NCBI GenBank assembly: GCA_902800645.1
Contig: CADCFC010000002.1
Coordinates: 8,436 to 72,435 of the forward strand
Direction: 5' to 3'
Origin: an uncultured Erysipelotrichaceae bacterium
GTDB taxonomy: Bacteria > Bacillota_I > Bacilli_A > RFN20 > CAG-826
DNA: 64,000 nucleotides
Shown: piece after piece, positions 8,423 through 18,101 of the stretch
How the letters are laid out: each line of letters opens with the position of its first letter
Position numbering within the stretch: the first letter of the stretch is position 1
The notes under the pieces: model-generated
What the model saw: only the letters and a program-made list of their open reading frames with translations
What the model was told of the DNA's origin: nothing
The model's database searches: none
Program-made: the position numbers and the translations under genes

Positions 8423-9380
8423 GATTAATTTCCCTCCATTTTCTTAATGTATCGTCTAAATCGTCGAGAACATTTTGAATAATGTCGTAATCTAAATGGT
8501 CTAATTGAGCACCACATGCTTGAGCATGTCCGCCACCACCAACTCTAACAGCGCATGGTTGAACTTCTGGTCCATTGCTTCTAATTTCAAGCCTAACTTT
8601 TCCATCTTCATATTCAGCAAAGGAACACCAAATTGGATATCCTTCAATATTACCGAGAAGATTAATAAAGTTGCTCGCTCCATTAGCATCCATATGTAAT
8701 CTTTTAAGTTTGTCTTTGGAGTAAATGATATAAATTACTCCTTCTTTTGTCTTCTTGTAGTGACTCATTATGTAGCCCTTACAAGCAAGAGAATTCTCAT
8801 TTGTTTTAGCAAGAATTCTATTAAGTGATTCAATATCAGCGTTACAATCCGCTAAATATTTAGCTCTTTCATATGTTTCTGAATAATTAGAAACAAATTG
8901 GAATCTAGCAGAGTCGGTTAGAACACCAAGCATTAAAGCAGTAGCACCAATATTACTGATGTTGACATTTAAGCTCATTGCAAAACCAGTAATCATATCA
9001 CAGCAAGAATTAGCAAGAGTGTCCACTACTTGTGGGCCTTCAGTAAATGAATGAGTATCAATATGATGATCAATTTTTGCCCAAGCACGAGCTTTGAAGA
9101 TACGGTTATCTTCCATTCTTGATAAATCATTTCCATCGACCAAAATCGCTAAAGATGAATGAATGATTTTGTCACTCACTTCATCAGTTTTAGGTAATAT
9201 CGAAAAGAAACGTGGGCATCCAGTTCCAGTTATGTATACTTTCTTTTCAGGATATAGAGCGTAAATTAATTCTCTTAGTCCGACTTGAGCACCATAGCAA
9301 TCACCATCAGGGTTTTTGTGTCCGTAGATGACTATCGAATCGTATTTTTGAATTTGTTCAAGAATTTTATCAAATGACAT
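8409..9380 (-). CDS. nrnA: DHH/DHHA1 phosphoesterase, NrnA-type oligoribonuclease / pAp phosphatase
   Basis: 323 aa. Motifs: GHKNPDGDCYGA, IDHHIDTH and C-terminal GGGGHAQACGA (DHHA1 GGGH motif). Confidence 0.8.
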   Translation of the reverse strand: MSFDKILEQIQKYDSIVIYGHKNPDGDCYGAQVGLRELIYALYPEKKVYITGTGCPRFFSILPKTDEVSDKIIHSSLAILVDGNDLSRMEDNRIFKARAWAKIDHHIDTHSFTEGPQVVDTLANSCCDMITGFAMSLNVNISNIGATALMLGVLTDSARFQFVSNYSETYERAKYLADCNADIESLNRILAKTNENSLACKGYIMSHYKKTKEGVIYIIYSKDKLKRLHMDANGASNFINLLGNIEGYPIWCSFAEYEDGKVRLEIRSNGPEVQPCAVRVGGGGHAQACGAQLDHLDYDIIQNVLDDLDDTLRKWREINHVGE

Positions 9381-9775
9381 TAGAAAGTCTCTTCTGAGTT
9401 TTCTTCGTCTCTATTTTCAGAATCTTCATCGAGTTCTTCGTTTTGAGATTCTTCAAATGGCTTGTTGTATTCCTCTTCTTCTTCGATTTCTTCACTATCA
9501 TCATCAGAAGTTTGGACATCGCTATAGACGTCTTTCATATCGATGTGGACTTTATCAAAAGTGTGTCTTTCTCTTAAGTCCCATTCGTTTTCTCCAAGAG
9601 TAACGAATCTTCCATCAAGCATCATGTTGGTGAAGAATTGTCCAACTTTCTTGTTAGCGTCTTCTTCGGAAAGACCGCAATTAGCTTTAACATATTCCCA
9701 AATTTCTTTAAATGGGACTTGTTTTGGAGATCTGCTAACGAATTCGTAAGCGAGTTCAATTAATGATTTAGACAT
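9380..9775 (-). CDS. rpoE: DNA-directed RNA polymerase delta subunit
   Basis: 131 aa. The N-terminal HARE-HTH-like region (FKEIWEYV...GQFFTNMMLDGRFV...WDLRERH) is followed by a strongly acidic D/E tail. Confidence 0.8.
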   Translation of the reverse strand: MSKSLIELAYEFVSRSPKQVPFKEIWEYVKANCGLSEEDANKKVGQFFTNMMLDGRFVTLGENEWDLRERHTFDKVHIDMKDVYSDVQTSDDDSEEIEEEEEYNKPFEESQNEELDEDSENRDEENSEETF

Positions 9776-9789
9776 ATATGTCTCCTTCC

Positions 9790-11418
9790 TTACATCTTGC
9801 TAGGGGCGCTAACGCCAACCAAATCAAGTGCGTTTCTTAATACAATTTTGCTAGCGAGGCATAAGCCAAGTCTAGCGGAGGTAACTTCTAAGTTATCTCG
9901 ATCTATAACTCGACATTCAGTGTAGAAAGAATGAATCTTTTCTGCAAGTTCATGAATGTAGTTAGTAATTTTATAAGGTGCTCTTTCTTTACTAGCAGTA
10001 GCAACTACGTCAGTAAAAGAAGCCAGTTTCTTAACGAGTTCAAGTTCACTAAATTCTTTAAGTTTAGAACCAGTTTCATCAATTTTGATATCTTTGGCTT
10101 GAGAGAGAACTGAACAAAGTCTAGCGTGAGCGTACTGCGCGTAATAAACGGGGTTATCACTACTTTGTTTCACAGCAAGGTCTAAATCAAAGTCAAGGTG
10201 TCCACTAGCGGCACGCATAACAAAGATATATCTAGCTGCATCTACTCCAGCATCTTCAACAAGTTCTCTTAATGTATAACCGTTTCCAGTTCTTTTAGAG
10301 AGTTTAAACTCTTTTCCATCTTTCATCATTCTCACCATTTGGATGAGTTCAATATTTAATACATCTTGGCTATAACCGTGCATCATTAAAGCACTTTTCA
10401 TACGATTAATATAACCATGATGGTCAGCGCCAAGGACATCAATCAATTCATCAAAACCTCTAGATAACTTGTTAACGTGATAGACAATATCTGGCATGAA
10501 ATAAGTGTATTCACCATTACTCTTAACAATGACGCGATCTTTGTCATCTAAGAAGTCAGTGGTTCTAAGAACCTTAGCCCCTTCGCTTTCGTAGATGTAT
10601 TTGGAAAGGTATTCAATTTCCTTTTCTACTGCATTATTACTTCTAATTGCTCTTTCACTAGAAAAAACATCAAAGACGATATTGAACTTCTTAAGGTCTT
10701 CTCTTATCTTTTCAAGTTCGTATTCTTGACCGATTAGCTTAAAGAACTCAAGCGGATTTTCTTTTTCTAAAAGTTTATCACCGTATTTATCAAATATCTT
10801 TTTAGCAATAACTATGATATCTTCACCATGATAGCCATCTTCTGGAAGCTCAAATGGTAAACCAAGAATCTCCTTATATCTCGCGATTAATGATTCACCT
10901 AAGTGGTCGATTTGAGAACCAGCGTCATTAATATAGTATTCTCTAGTAACATCATATCCATCAAAAGCAAGAATTCTCGCTAAAGAATCACCAATAGCTG
11001 CACCTCTAGCGTGACCAACATGAAGATCTCCTGTCGGATTAGCGGAAACAAATTCAACATTAATCTTTTTGTTTTTCTTGTTTCCTCTACCGTAGTCTAT
11101 ATCTTCCTTGATGATTTTATTTATAACACCCGTTAAAGAGTCTTTCTTCATATAGAAGTTAATAAAACCAGGACCGGCTATTTCGATATGGTCAATTCCT
11201 TCTTTATTAAGCTTCTCAATTATCTCACTAGCGACATCACGAGGAGCTTTTGAAAAATTACGAGCAAATTTCATCGCGACATTACTCGCATAATCTCCAT
11301 GAGATATATCTTTACTTGCCTCAACTAAAATATCGTTAGAGGTAGTCTCTACCCCAAGAGATTTCAAAGCATCAACAATTTTATTCTTTAATAAATCTTT
11401 AATTTCCATTTTGAACAT
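9790..11418 (-). CDS. argS: Arginine--tRNA ligase
   Basis: 542 aa. HIGH-type motif SANPTGDLHVGHARG, the class I synthetase fold pattern, and a DALR-type anticodon-binding C-terminus ending in M. Confidence 0.95.
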   Translation of the reverse strand: MFKMEIKDLLKNKIVDALKSLGVETTSNDILVEASKDISHGDYASNVAMKFARNFSKAPRDVASEIIEKLNKEGIDHIEIAGPGFINFYMKKDSLTGVINKIIKEDIDYGRGNKKNKKINVEFVSANPTGDLHVGHARGAAIGDSLARILAFDGYDVTREYYINDAGSQIDHLGESLIARYKEILGLPFELPEDGYHGEDIIVIAKKIFDKYGDKLLEKENPLEFFKLIGQEYELEKIREDLKKFNIVFDVFSSERAIRSNNAVEKEIEYLSKYIYESEGAKVLRTTDFLDDKDRVIVKSNGEYTYFMPDIVYHVNKLSRGFDELIDVLGADHHGYINRMKSALMMHGYSQDVLNIELIQMVRMMKDGKEFKLSKRTGNGYTLRELVEDAGVDAARYIFVMRAASGHLDFDLDLAVKQSSDNPVYYAQYAHARLCSVLSQAKDIKIDETGSKLKEFSELELVKKLASFTDVVATASKERAPYKITNYIHELAEKIHSFYTECRVIDRDNLEVTSARLGLCLASKIVLRNALDLVGVSAPSKM

Positions 11419-11452
11419 TTCATTATACTTATTACTAATTGATTAGCAATAA

Positions 11453-11932
11453 TTATTTCTTTTTTAGCATGATATAGGAGCTAGCTTCAATCGCTTTCCC
11501 TTCTCCTATTGGCCCCATTTTTTCATTTGTGCCAGCTTTAATAGATACTGAATCAAGATCAACATTAAGTAATTTTGCGACATTAATGCGCATCGCTTCT
11601 ATATAATCTTTAAGCCTAGGTTTTTCTAAAGAAACAAAGATGTCAACGTTATTGACTTCATATCCTTTTTCGTTCATCATCTCACACACTTTTTTAACGA
11701 TGAGACTGCTATCCATATTAAGTGTTTCTTCACTAGTGTCTGGGAAATGTTTTCCTAAATCTCCAAGAGCAAGAGCGCCTAATATTGATTCCGCTAAGGC
11801 GTGATATAAAACATCTCCATCACTATGAGCGGCTTCTCCTTTATCGAAAGGAATAACAACTCCAGCAATGATGAGTTTTCTATTTTCCACTAAACGGTGG
11901 ATGTCTTTACTAAAACCAACACGATATTCCAT
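11453..11932 (-). CDS. ispF: 2-C-methyl-D-erythritol 2,4-cyclodiphosphate synthase (MEP pathway)
   Basis: 159 aa. Motifs: GFSKDIHRL and HSDGDVLYHAL...GDLGKHFPD. Confidence 0.9.
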   Translation of the reverse strand: MEYRVGFSKDIHRLVENRKLIIAGVVIPFDKGEAAHSDGDVLYHALAESILGALALGDLGKHFPDTSEETLNMDSSLIVKKVCEMMNEKGYEVNNVDIFVSLEKPRLKDYIEAMRINVAKLLNVDLDSVSIKAGTNEKMGPIGEGKAIEASSYIMLKKK

Positions 11933-13047
11933 TATTTTTTACCTGAGACATTAAATTTGAAGAACATAATATCTCCATCTTTAGGGAAATATCCTTTTCC
12001 TTCAGTTCTAAGTTTACCAGCTTCTTTAACAGCGGCTTCACTACCGAGTTCATGAATCGCTTCATATGTATATACTTCAGCGCATATAAACCCTTTTTCA
12101 AAATCGGTATGAATAACTCCAGCGCAATTAGGAGCGCTCATCCCGTTAGTGAATGTCCACGCTCTACATTCATCCGCTCCAACTGTAAAGAAAGTAGATA
12201 AATTTAATAATTTATAAGTAGCCTTAATTAATTTAGATAATCCACTATCACTAATGCCTAAATCTTTTAAGAATTCAACTTTATCTTCTTTAGAAAGTTC
12301 TGATAATTGGGACTCAATTTCACAGCTTACAGGAATGACTTCATTATTCTCTTTTGAAGCATATTCTTTAACTTTGTTATATAGTTCGCAGTTATCAATA
12401 TCGATCAAATCCTCTTCGCCAACGTTAGCGACATAGATAATCGATTTCTTAGTTAATAGATGGTAATTTTTAACGAGTTCTTCTTGTTCACTAGTTAATG
12501 AAACAGTTCTAGCGGCAAGTCCTTGCTCTAAAGCGGTTTTTAAAGGAGATAAAGCACTCATCTCTAAAACAGATTCTTTATCTTTTAAAATACGAGCTTT
12601 ATTCTCTATCTTTTCAATTCTTTTTGTAACGGTGTCTAAGTCCGCCATCACGAGTTCGAGATTAATAACTTCTATATCTCTAATTGGATCAACTCCACCT
12701 TCAACGTGAATGATGTCCGCGTTTTTAAAACAACGAACAACTTCTACAATTGCATCACATTCTCTAATATGTGATAAGAATTGGTTACCAAGTCCTTCAC
12801 CTTTTGAAGCTCCTCTAACAAGTCCAGCAATGTCGTAAAACTCAATTGTTGCAGGGATCGTTCTTTCCGGCTTAAAAACATCAACTAAAAAGTCGAGTCT
12901 TTCATCAGGCACAGCAACAATTCTGGTGTTTGGGTTAATCGTCGCAAACGGATAATTTGCAGCTTCGACGTGAGAATTGGTAATCGCATTAAATAAAGTA
13001 GATTTTCCAACATTTGGTAATCCAACAATTCCAGCTTTTAAACCCAT
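11932..13047 (-). CDS. ychF: Ribosome-binding ATPase YchF
   Basis: 371 aa. MGLKAGIVGLPNVGKSTLFNA, with a TGS-like C-terminus (GFICAEV...GKLRTEGKGY). Confidence 0.95.
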   Translation of the reverse strand: MGLKAGIVGLPNVGKSTLFNAITNSHVEAANYPFATINPNTRIVAVPDERLDFLVDVFKPERTIPATIEFYDIAGLVRGASKGEGLGNQFLSHIRECDAIVEVVRCFKNADIIHVEGGVDPIRDIEVINLELVMADLDTVTKRIEKIENKARILKDKESVLEMSALSPLKTALEQGLAARTVSLTSEQEELVKNYHLLTKKSIIYVANVGEEDLIDIDNCELYNKVKEYASKENNEVIPVSCEIESQLSELSKEDKVEFLKDLGISDSGLSKLIKATYKLLNLSTFFTVGADECRAWTFTNGMSAPNCAGVIHTDFEKGFICAEVYTYEAIHELGSEAAVKEAGKLRTEGKGYFPKDGDIMFFKFNVSGKK

Positions 13048-13080
13048 CTTAATATATTCCTTTTGATTAAATCAAAATAT

Positions 13081-13108
13081 ATTATATTCAAACTGGTCTA
13101 TTTATCAA
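13081..13108 (-). promoter_or_regulatory. Candidate sigma-A promoter for the ychF-ispF-argS block
   Basis: On the minus strand: TTGATA (13108-13103), 16-nt spacer, TATAAT (13086-13081). It is followed by the palindrome TTTTGATTTAATCAAAA that abuts the SD. Confidence 0.4.
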
Positions 13109-13114
13109 AGCAAA

Positions 13115-15907
13115 TTATTGTAAACATTCAAGCGGGTTAAGCTTTTTAACTTTTGAAGATATTAGAATAGAGGAGACTAGACCGATGAATAAGGATAATA
13201 GAAGCATTAATAAAAACGATAGGGGATTAACAATAAACGTTTGGCCAATCATTAATAACTCCGACATTGTTTTAGATAAGACAAAAGAAATCACGATTAA
13301 CTCTATTGAAGATAAAAAGAAAGAGAAGAGCGTCAATATTAAAGCGTGAACATAAACAAATTTACGACTATCTTTCTCCTTAACTCCTAAGCACCTCACA
13401 AGTCCAATATCCTTTTTAGACTCATTTACGTGTAGGTAGTTGCATATAAATAAAATTAAAGAAGCAATAATAACGCTCGTAATAGAGACCACTAACATAA
13501 TGGTTTCAATATAACTACATATAGTGTTTACGCTATTTTTGACATCTTTAAGCGGAGCAACAATTGATAAAAATGGAAAGGCTCTATAAATCTTATCGAT
13601 TGCTGATCCTTCATATCCTTCGCTTACCCTTATAGCCAAATTACTAATTCTTAGATCAAAAGTAGATACGCCTAACATCGTTTGAAAGAAGAGAACACTC
13701 CAAGTTTCATTATGACTAATCGCATATTTTCCGCTACTTGATACTCCCACTATTTTTAGTCCAACAGTTTTATAATCTCTAGCTAAATATCCATTAGGTA
13801 ATAAGTCCTCTTTAACAGGAAAAGAAAGATAAATAATTTTATTTATCGGGTCACTAATTTTAAGCCTTTTAAGTAATGTATCTGAAACTACTATTTCTTG
13901 AAAATTGGAAGGATTATTACCAATTAATAAAGAATAATTAGGTTCAAAAACAAAACCCTGCATGTTACTTTTTGAGAAATGACCTTCTATAACATTTTCA
14001 TCAAGACTTATATTTAATGAATCTTGATATTTGATATAGCTCATATTGTCTACCATCTCTAGAGCAATCTCTTTACTATTACTTAAGTAAGTTGATTTAG
14101 AAAATCCCATCATCAAACTCTGTTCATAAATCGAATATCCAGAATCAGTTCCATAAGTAATTTCATGAATATATGGTGCGGTTTTTTTGCAGTATTCGCC
14201 TATATAAGAAGGTAAATAGTCTTTGTTAGTGCGATGAATAACCATAACTCGATTAGCAAAATAAGAATCAACAGATCCGTATAATGTTGGGTAATAAGAG
14301 GAATCTAATATCTCAAAATCATAATTATTGAATTCCTGAGAGAATCTATATTTCATCAAAAATTCATCTCTTCCACTAGTGAAGTTAAGATAATATGTCT
14401 TTTTTAAGTCCCAAGGATTCTTACTATTTGTGTTTATATATTCAGTAGTTGATAGGTGACACTTTTCTTCAAAGATATATTCATTCCAATTATTATTTGA
14501 GTGATATATGAGTTCAGAAGTAGAAAGAATAAAGCCTTTTAGTTTAAGAGGAACTTCAATCGAATATTGGAATCTAGAATTAGAAAAAGTGAAAACCATA
14601 TTCACATCATTATGGGCGATATAATTAGATAATGATTCAATAGTTCTATTAATTTGTAATTGATAACATAGTTCGTTAATTACTAGCATCGGCATTGATA
14701 AAACAATTTCATCATCATTTAAATTAGAAATAGTTTTTGGATAAATGGCATTTTTAGCGGTGCTTAAAAGCGCAAATTCATTAATAGAAGAAGCTTGAAA
14801 GTTACCGATATGTTTTTTAAATCCCCCCCTATCTAAACTTAAGTAGTTATCATCAGCAAATACATCATTAACATTCCAATAATAAACGCCTATGTCTTTT
14901 ATCGATTTAGTGGCGTTCTTTAGTGATAATACCTCTTCAATAGAGGCAGAGGTTACTATATCTTTCTCACTATTATTACTTTTAGAAGAAACAACAATCT
15001 TGTCACTATCTAGAATAGAAGAATAACTTTTAATGAGGTTTGTAGAGATAATATCCCGTAAAGATAAAGCTAAACCAACTCCGATAAGTCCTAATGAAGT
15101 TGATAAGGTAATAAACATAGTCCTCCATTTCCTTCTTTTTAATGATGAAAAAGTATGATCGAAAACAAATCTCATTGGTAGTTTTTTCTTATTACTACTG
15201 TATTTTAACTTTAAGACTGGCAAATATTCTTTGCTCATTCCTTTAGTTTGATATTTCTTATTAAGTATCTTCCCATCTTTCATATTAATAATGATGTCCG
15301 CGTATTGATTTGTAAGTTTTTCATCATGTGAAACCATTAAAACTAAAGAAGAGGAAGATATCTTTCTGATTAGTTCCATAATTATTTCTGTATTTTTAAC
15401 ATCTAAATTTCCAGTGGGTTCGTCCGCGAGTAATATAGAGGGGGAATTAGCTAACGCTCGAGCAATCGCGACCCTTTGTTTTTCGCCCCCACTTAAATTA
15501 GAAACTAAATCATTTTCTCTTCCTTTTAGAGCAACCAAATCTAAAAGATCTTTAACTCTTTTCTCTTTTTTGTCTTCTTTATCAACACTGCTCAAATCAA
15601 TGGAAAGTAATATGTTTCTTTTGATTGTTTCAAATTCGAACAGTTTATAATCCTGGAATACAAAGCCTATTTTCTTATTTCTTAAATTATCTTTTTCCTC
15701 TTCATTCATCTTCTTATAGCTTTTTCCATCAAACAAAACATCTCCTTCAAAACTCAATAAAGAAGAAAGAACATTAAGAAGAGTTGTCTTTCCACATCCA
15801 GAAGGGCCATTAATAATAACCAAACCATTACGAGGAAGTTTTAAATTTATACTGTCTAATACTTTGACACCATTAAAGGTTTTAGAAACATTTTTGAATT
15901 CAATCAT
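13115..15907 (-). CDS. Fused ABC ATPase / FtsX-MacB-type permease with ~520-aa extracytoplasmic domain
   Basis: 930 aa. N-terminal NBD with GPSGCGKTT, LSGGEKQRVAIARAL, LLADEPTGNLD and VSHD. One TM near aa 262-283, a long non-hydrophobic region, then a C-terminal 3-TM FtsX-like bundle. Confidence 0.85.
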   Translation of the reverse strand: MIEFKNVSKTFNGVKVLDSINLKLPRNGLVIINGPSGCGKTTLLNVLSSLLSFEGDVLFDGKSYKKMNEEEKDNLRNKKIGFVFQDYKLFEFETIKRNILLSIDLSSVDKEDKKEKRVKDLLDLVALKGRENDLVSNLSGGEKQRVAIARALANSPSILLADEPTGNLDVKNTEIIMELIRKISSSSLVLMVSHDEKLTNQYADIIINMKDGKILNKKYQTKGMSKEYLPVLKLKYSSNKKKLPMRFVFDHTFSSLKRRKWRTMFITLSTSLGLIGVGLALSLRDIISTNLIKSYSSILDSDKIVVSSKSNNSEKDIVTSASIEEVLSLKNATKSIKDIGVYYWNVNDVFADDNYLSLDRGGFKKHIGNFQASSINEFALLSTAKNAIYPKTISNLNDDEIVLSMPMLVINELCYQLQINRTIESLSNYIAHNDVNMVFTFSNSRFQYSIEVPLKLKGFILSTSELIYHSNNNWNEYIFEEKCHLSTTEYINTNSKNPWDLKKTYYLNFTSGRDEFLMKYRFSQEFNNYDFEILDSSYYPTLYGSVDSYFANRVMVIHRTNKDYLPSYIGEYCKKTAPYIHEITYGTDSGYSIYEQSLMMGFSKSTYLSNSKEIALEMVDNMSYIKYQDSLNISLDENVIEGHFSKSNMQGFVFEPNYSLLIGNNPSNFQEIVVSDTLLKRLKISDPINKIIYLSFPVKEDLLPNGYLARDYKTVGLKIVGVSSSGKYAISHNETWSVLFFQTMLGVSTFDLRISNLAIRVSEGYEGSAIDKIYRAFPFLSIVAPLKDVKNSVNTICSYIETIMLVVSITSVIIASLILFICNYLHVNESKKDIGLVRCLGVKEKDSRKFVYVHALILTLFSFFLSSIELIVISFVLSKTMSELLMIGQTFIVNPLSFLLMLLLSLFIGLVSSILISSKVKKLNPLECLQ

Positions 15908-18012
15908 AAACTTTGCATCTCCTCCTTTATTGAATGTCTTCTACCAAAAGAAATTGGAATCAATGTTGAAAATAAAACGATAAAGATAATGACTGCTAAA
16001 ACGGCTAAGGGGAATAACACTTTGATCCCAAGAAAAGATATAAAGGGTATCTCAATTAAGTTATTTAAATCTATGAATTTGCTGATGATAAAGTTAATCA
16101 ATTTACTCAAACCGTATGAAATAATCATCGAACTGATATAAGCGATTAAACCATTTACCATTCCTTCTTGAACATAGATATCCTCAATATTAGATTCGCT
16201 TGCTCCTATAGATAATAAAATCGCGCTTTCTTTATGGTCCTCACTATAAGAAGTAAATGTCATGATCGTTAAAATGATAACCGTTCCAATTAAGGCGATA
16301 ACCATAAATAGAATTAATCCATATTCTGCCACTTGCATAAAATTAAATAGCGACTCGCTAAGAGCAATAGAAGGGCTATAAAAAGACAAATTTCCAGTAA
16401 AAATATCTTTATTAAAAGCTACCTCTTTTTTGTTGATATCCTTTAAAAACAATTGATATGAAAAAGATGAAATTAACGAATAATTTTCAGCGTCACTCAC
16501 TCTATCATACCATGTCAATTCATAACCAAAGTAGGTTGATAAATTCACTAACACACTTTCCTTCATATATTCATTTATCGCTATGTATGAATAATAAATT
16601 TTAGGTGTGTTTAAGTAATTCAATTCTTTAACAACTCCAATTACCTTCATCTGCTTATGAAAAGTAAAAGTATCATTAATATATTCGTCACTTTCATTAA
16701 CATAAGTTACAGGGGTTTCTTGATCGAAATTAATTACTTCATTTAAGGGTGATTTTCCTAGTTTATAGAAAAGTAAATCATAGGCTTTATCGTTAACCAC
16801 AATTTCTTCTAAATTATCACTTTTTGGAAGCTGACCCATTGATAATAAAGAAGCCGAAACATATGTCTCATCAAACGAATATATAGGAGTAAATAGGATG
16901 TCATTAATTTGTTTATCTTGATATGAAATTCCAATATTTTGTGGGAGAATTGCCCCAAAATTAAGACAAATCTCGTAGTTTTCGCTTATTTTGCTATTTC
17001 CTAATAATGATTGAAGATTTGGTCTATTAGATTTTGTTAAAGAAAGAATTCCATTACCACCTGTTTTAATTTCTTCACTCACTGTGCCAGAACCGAAATC
17101 AAACTGTTTAAAGCACGCTTCTTTTAGAGAAATGTCTTTATGAGTAATGAAACCAAAAACTATAAAAAACATAGTTAAAGAAATGCTTAAAGCTAAAGTT
17201 GAAATCAAGTTTCGCGAAAGTCTTTTTTTATAATTAAAAGAAGCAAACTTGCTAGTCCACGAGCTTGAGGACTTATATTTTTCTTTGTCTATTGTATTTA
17301 TGCTATTTGATTTTGTAATAACTAAGTCTTTAATAATTTTTCCATCACTTATTTCCATTTCTCTATCTGAGTATTTTGTAACTAATTGTAGGTTGTGTGA
17401 TACTACGATGACTAATATACTTTTACTAATTCTTTTAAGTAATTCCATAACCTTAATTGAATTAATAGAATCAAGCGCTCCAGTTGGTTCGTCGCAAAAC
17501 AATACTTTTGGTTTATTTACAATAGCTCTAGCAAGCGCTACTCTTTGTTTTTCTCCACCACTTAAAAGGCTACTTTTTTTGTCAAATAAAGTGGGCGATA
17601 TATCAACTTCGGTTAATGTATTAGCGGCTATTTTATATGCCTCACCTTTTCTTTTTCCTCCTATTAATAAAGGAAGAATAACATTATCAAGCGCTGATCT
17701 ACTTTCAATTAAGTTATAGCTTTGAAAAACAATCCCAATTTCTTTATTAAAGAATTTACTTTTATTATTTCCTTTTAGCTTAGAGTACTTCTTGTTATTT
17801 AAAACTATTTCGCCTCCACTAGGTGAATCTATTCCTGTCATCATGTTAAGTAGAGTAGATTTACCACTGCCACTTTTGCCACATATTGAAACTAGACCAA
17901 CTTTATTAAAAGATATATTGGTGGTTGATAGCGCTGTGAAATATTTATCTTTACCAACCTTATATCTTTTATAGACGTCTTTTAAAAGAAGAATAGTGTC
18001 ATTATTCATCAA
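15904..18012 (-). CDS. Fused ABC ATPase / FtsX-MacB-type permease (paralogue of 13115..15907)
   Basis: 702 aa. NBD with GKSGSGKSTLLN, LSGGEKQRVALARAI, LFCDEPTGALD and VSHN. TM near aa 268-290, ~270-aa ectodomain and a C-terminal 3-TM FtsX-like region. Strong SD GGAGGTGA; 4-nt overlap with the downstream paralogue. Confidence 0.85.
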   Translation of the reverse strand: MMNNDTILLLKDVYKRYKVGKDKYFTALSTTNISFNKVGLVSICGKSGSGKSTLLNMMTGIDSPSGGEIVLNNKKYSKLKGNNKSKFFNKEIGIVFQSYNLIESRSALDNVILPLLIGGKRKGEAYKIAANTLTEVDISPTLFDKKSSLLSGGEKQRVALARAIVNKPKVLFCDEPTGALDSINSIKVMELLKRISKSILVIVVSHNLQLVTKYSDREMEISDGKIIKDLVITKSNSINTIDKEKYKSSSSWTSKFASFNYKKRLSRNLISTLALSISLTMFFIVFGFITHKDISLKEACFKQFDFGSGTVSEEIKTGGNGILSLTKSNRPNLQSLLGNSKISENYEICLNFGAILPQNIGISYQDKQINDILFTPIYSFDETYVSASLLSMGQLPKSDNLEEIVVNDKAYDLLFYKLGKSPLNEVINFDQETPVTYVNESDEYINDTFTFHKQMKVIGVVKELNYLNTPKIYYSYIAINEYMKESVLVNLSTYFGYELTWYDRVSDAENYSLISSFSYQLFLKDINKKEVAFNKDIFTGNLSFYSPSIALSESLFNFMQVAEYGLILFMVIALIGTVIILTIMTFTSYSEDHKESAILLSIGASESNIEDIYVQEGMVNGLIAYISSMIISYGLSKLINFIISKFIDLNNLIEIPFISFLGIKVLFPLAVLAVIIFIVLFSTLIPISFGRRHSIKEEMQSL

Positions 18013-18038
18013 TTAATCACCTCCAAATGTAGAGGTAT

Positions 18039-18071
18039 AAAAAATCCCCCTACATTATTTAAATAGGGGGA
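18039..18071 (-). terminator. Rho-independent terminator after fhs
   Basis: Minus strand: TCCCCCTA-(11 nt)-TAGGGGGA followed by TTTTTT. Confidence 0.6.
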
Positions 18072-18101
18072 ATTCTCAAAAAACTTAACAAAATAATTAA
18101 T

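Noticed and set aside
11419-11452. Possible T-box or riboswitch leaders upstream of argS and lysS (35404..35502)
   Set aside because: The gaps are only 34 and 99 nt, too short for a T-box. I saw no T-box sequence or specifier/antiterminator architecture.
17249-17719. Long antisense ORFs inside well-supported genes: 156 aa here, plus 51413..51883, 49320..49808, 29411..29815, 33523..33978, 25076..25393 and 26137..26445
   Set aside because: Each lies opposite a gene with strong family motifs. None has an SD or recognisable domains, and all have low-complexity S/L/F-rich composition typical of shadow frames.
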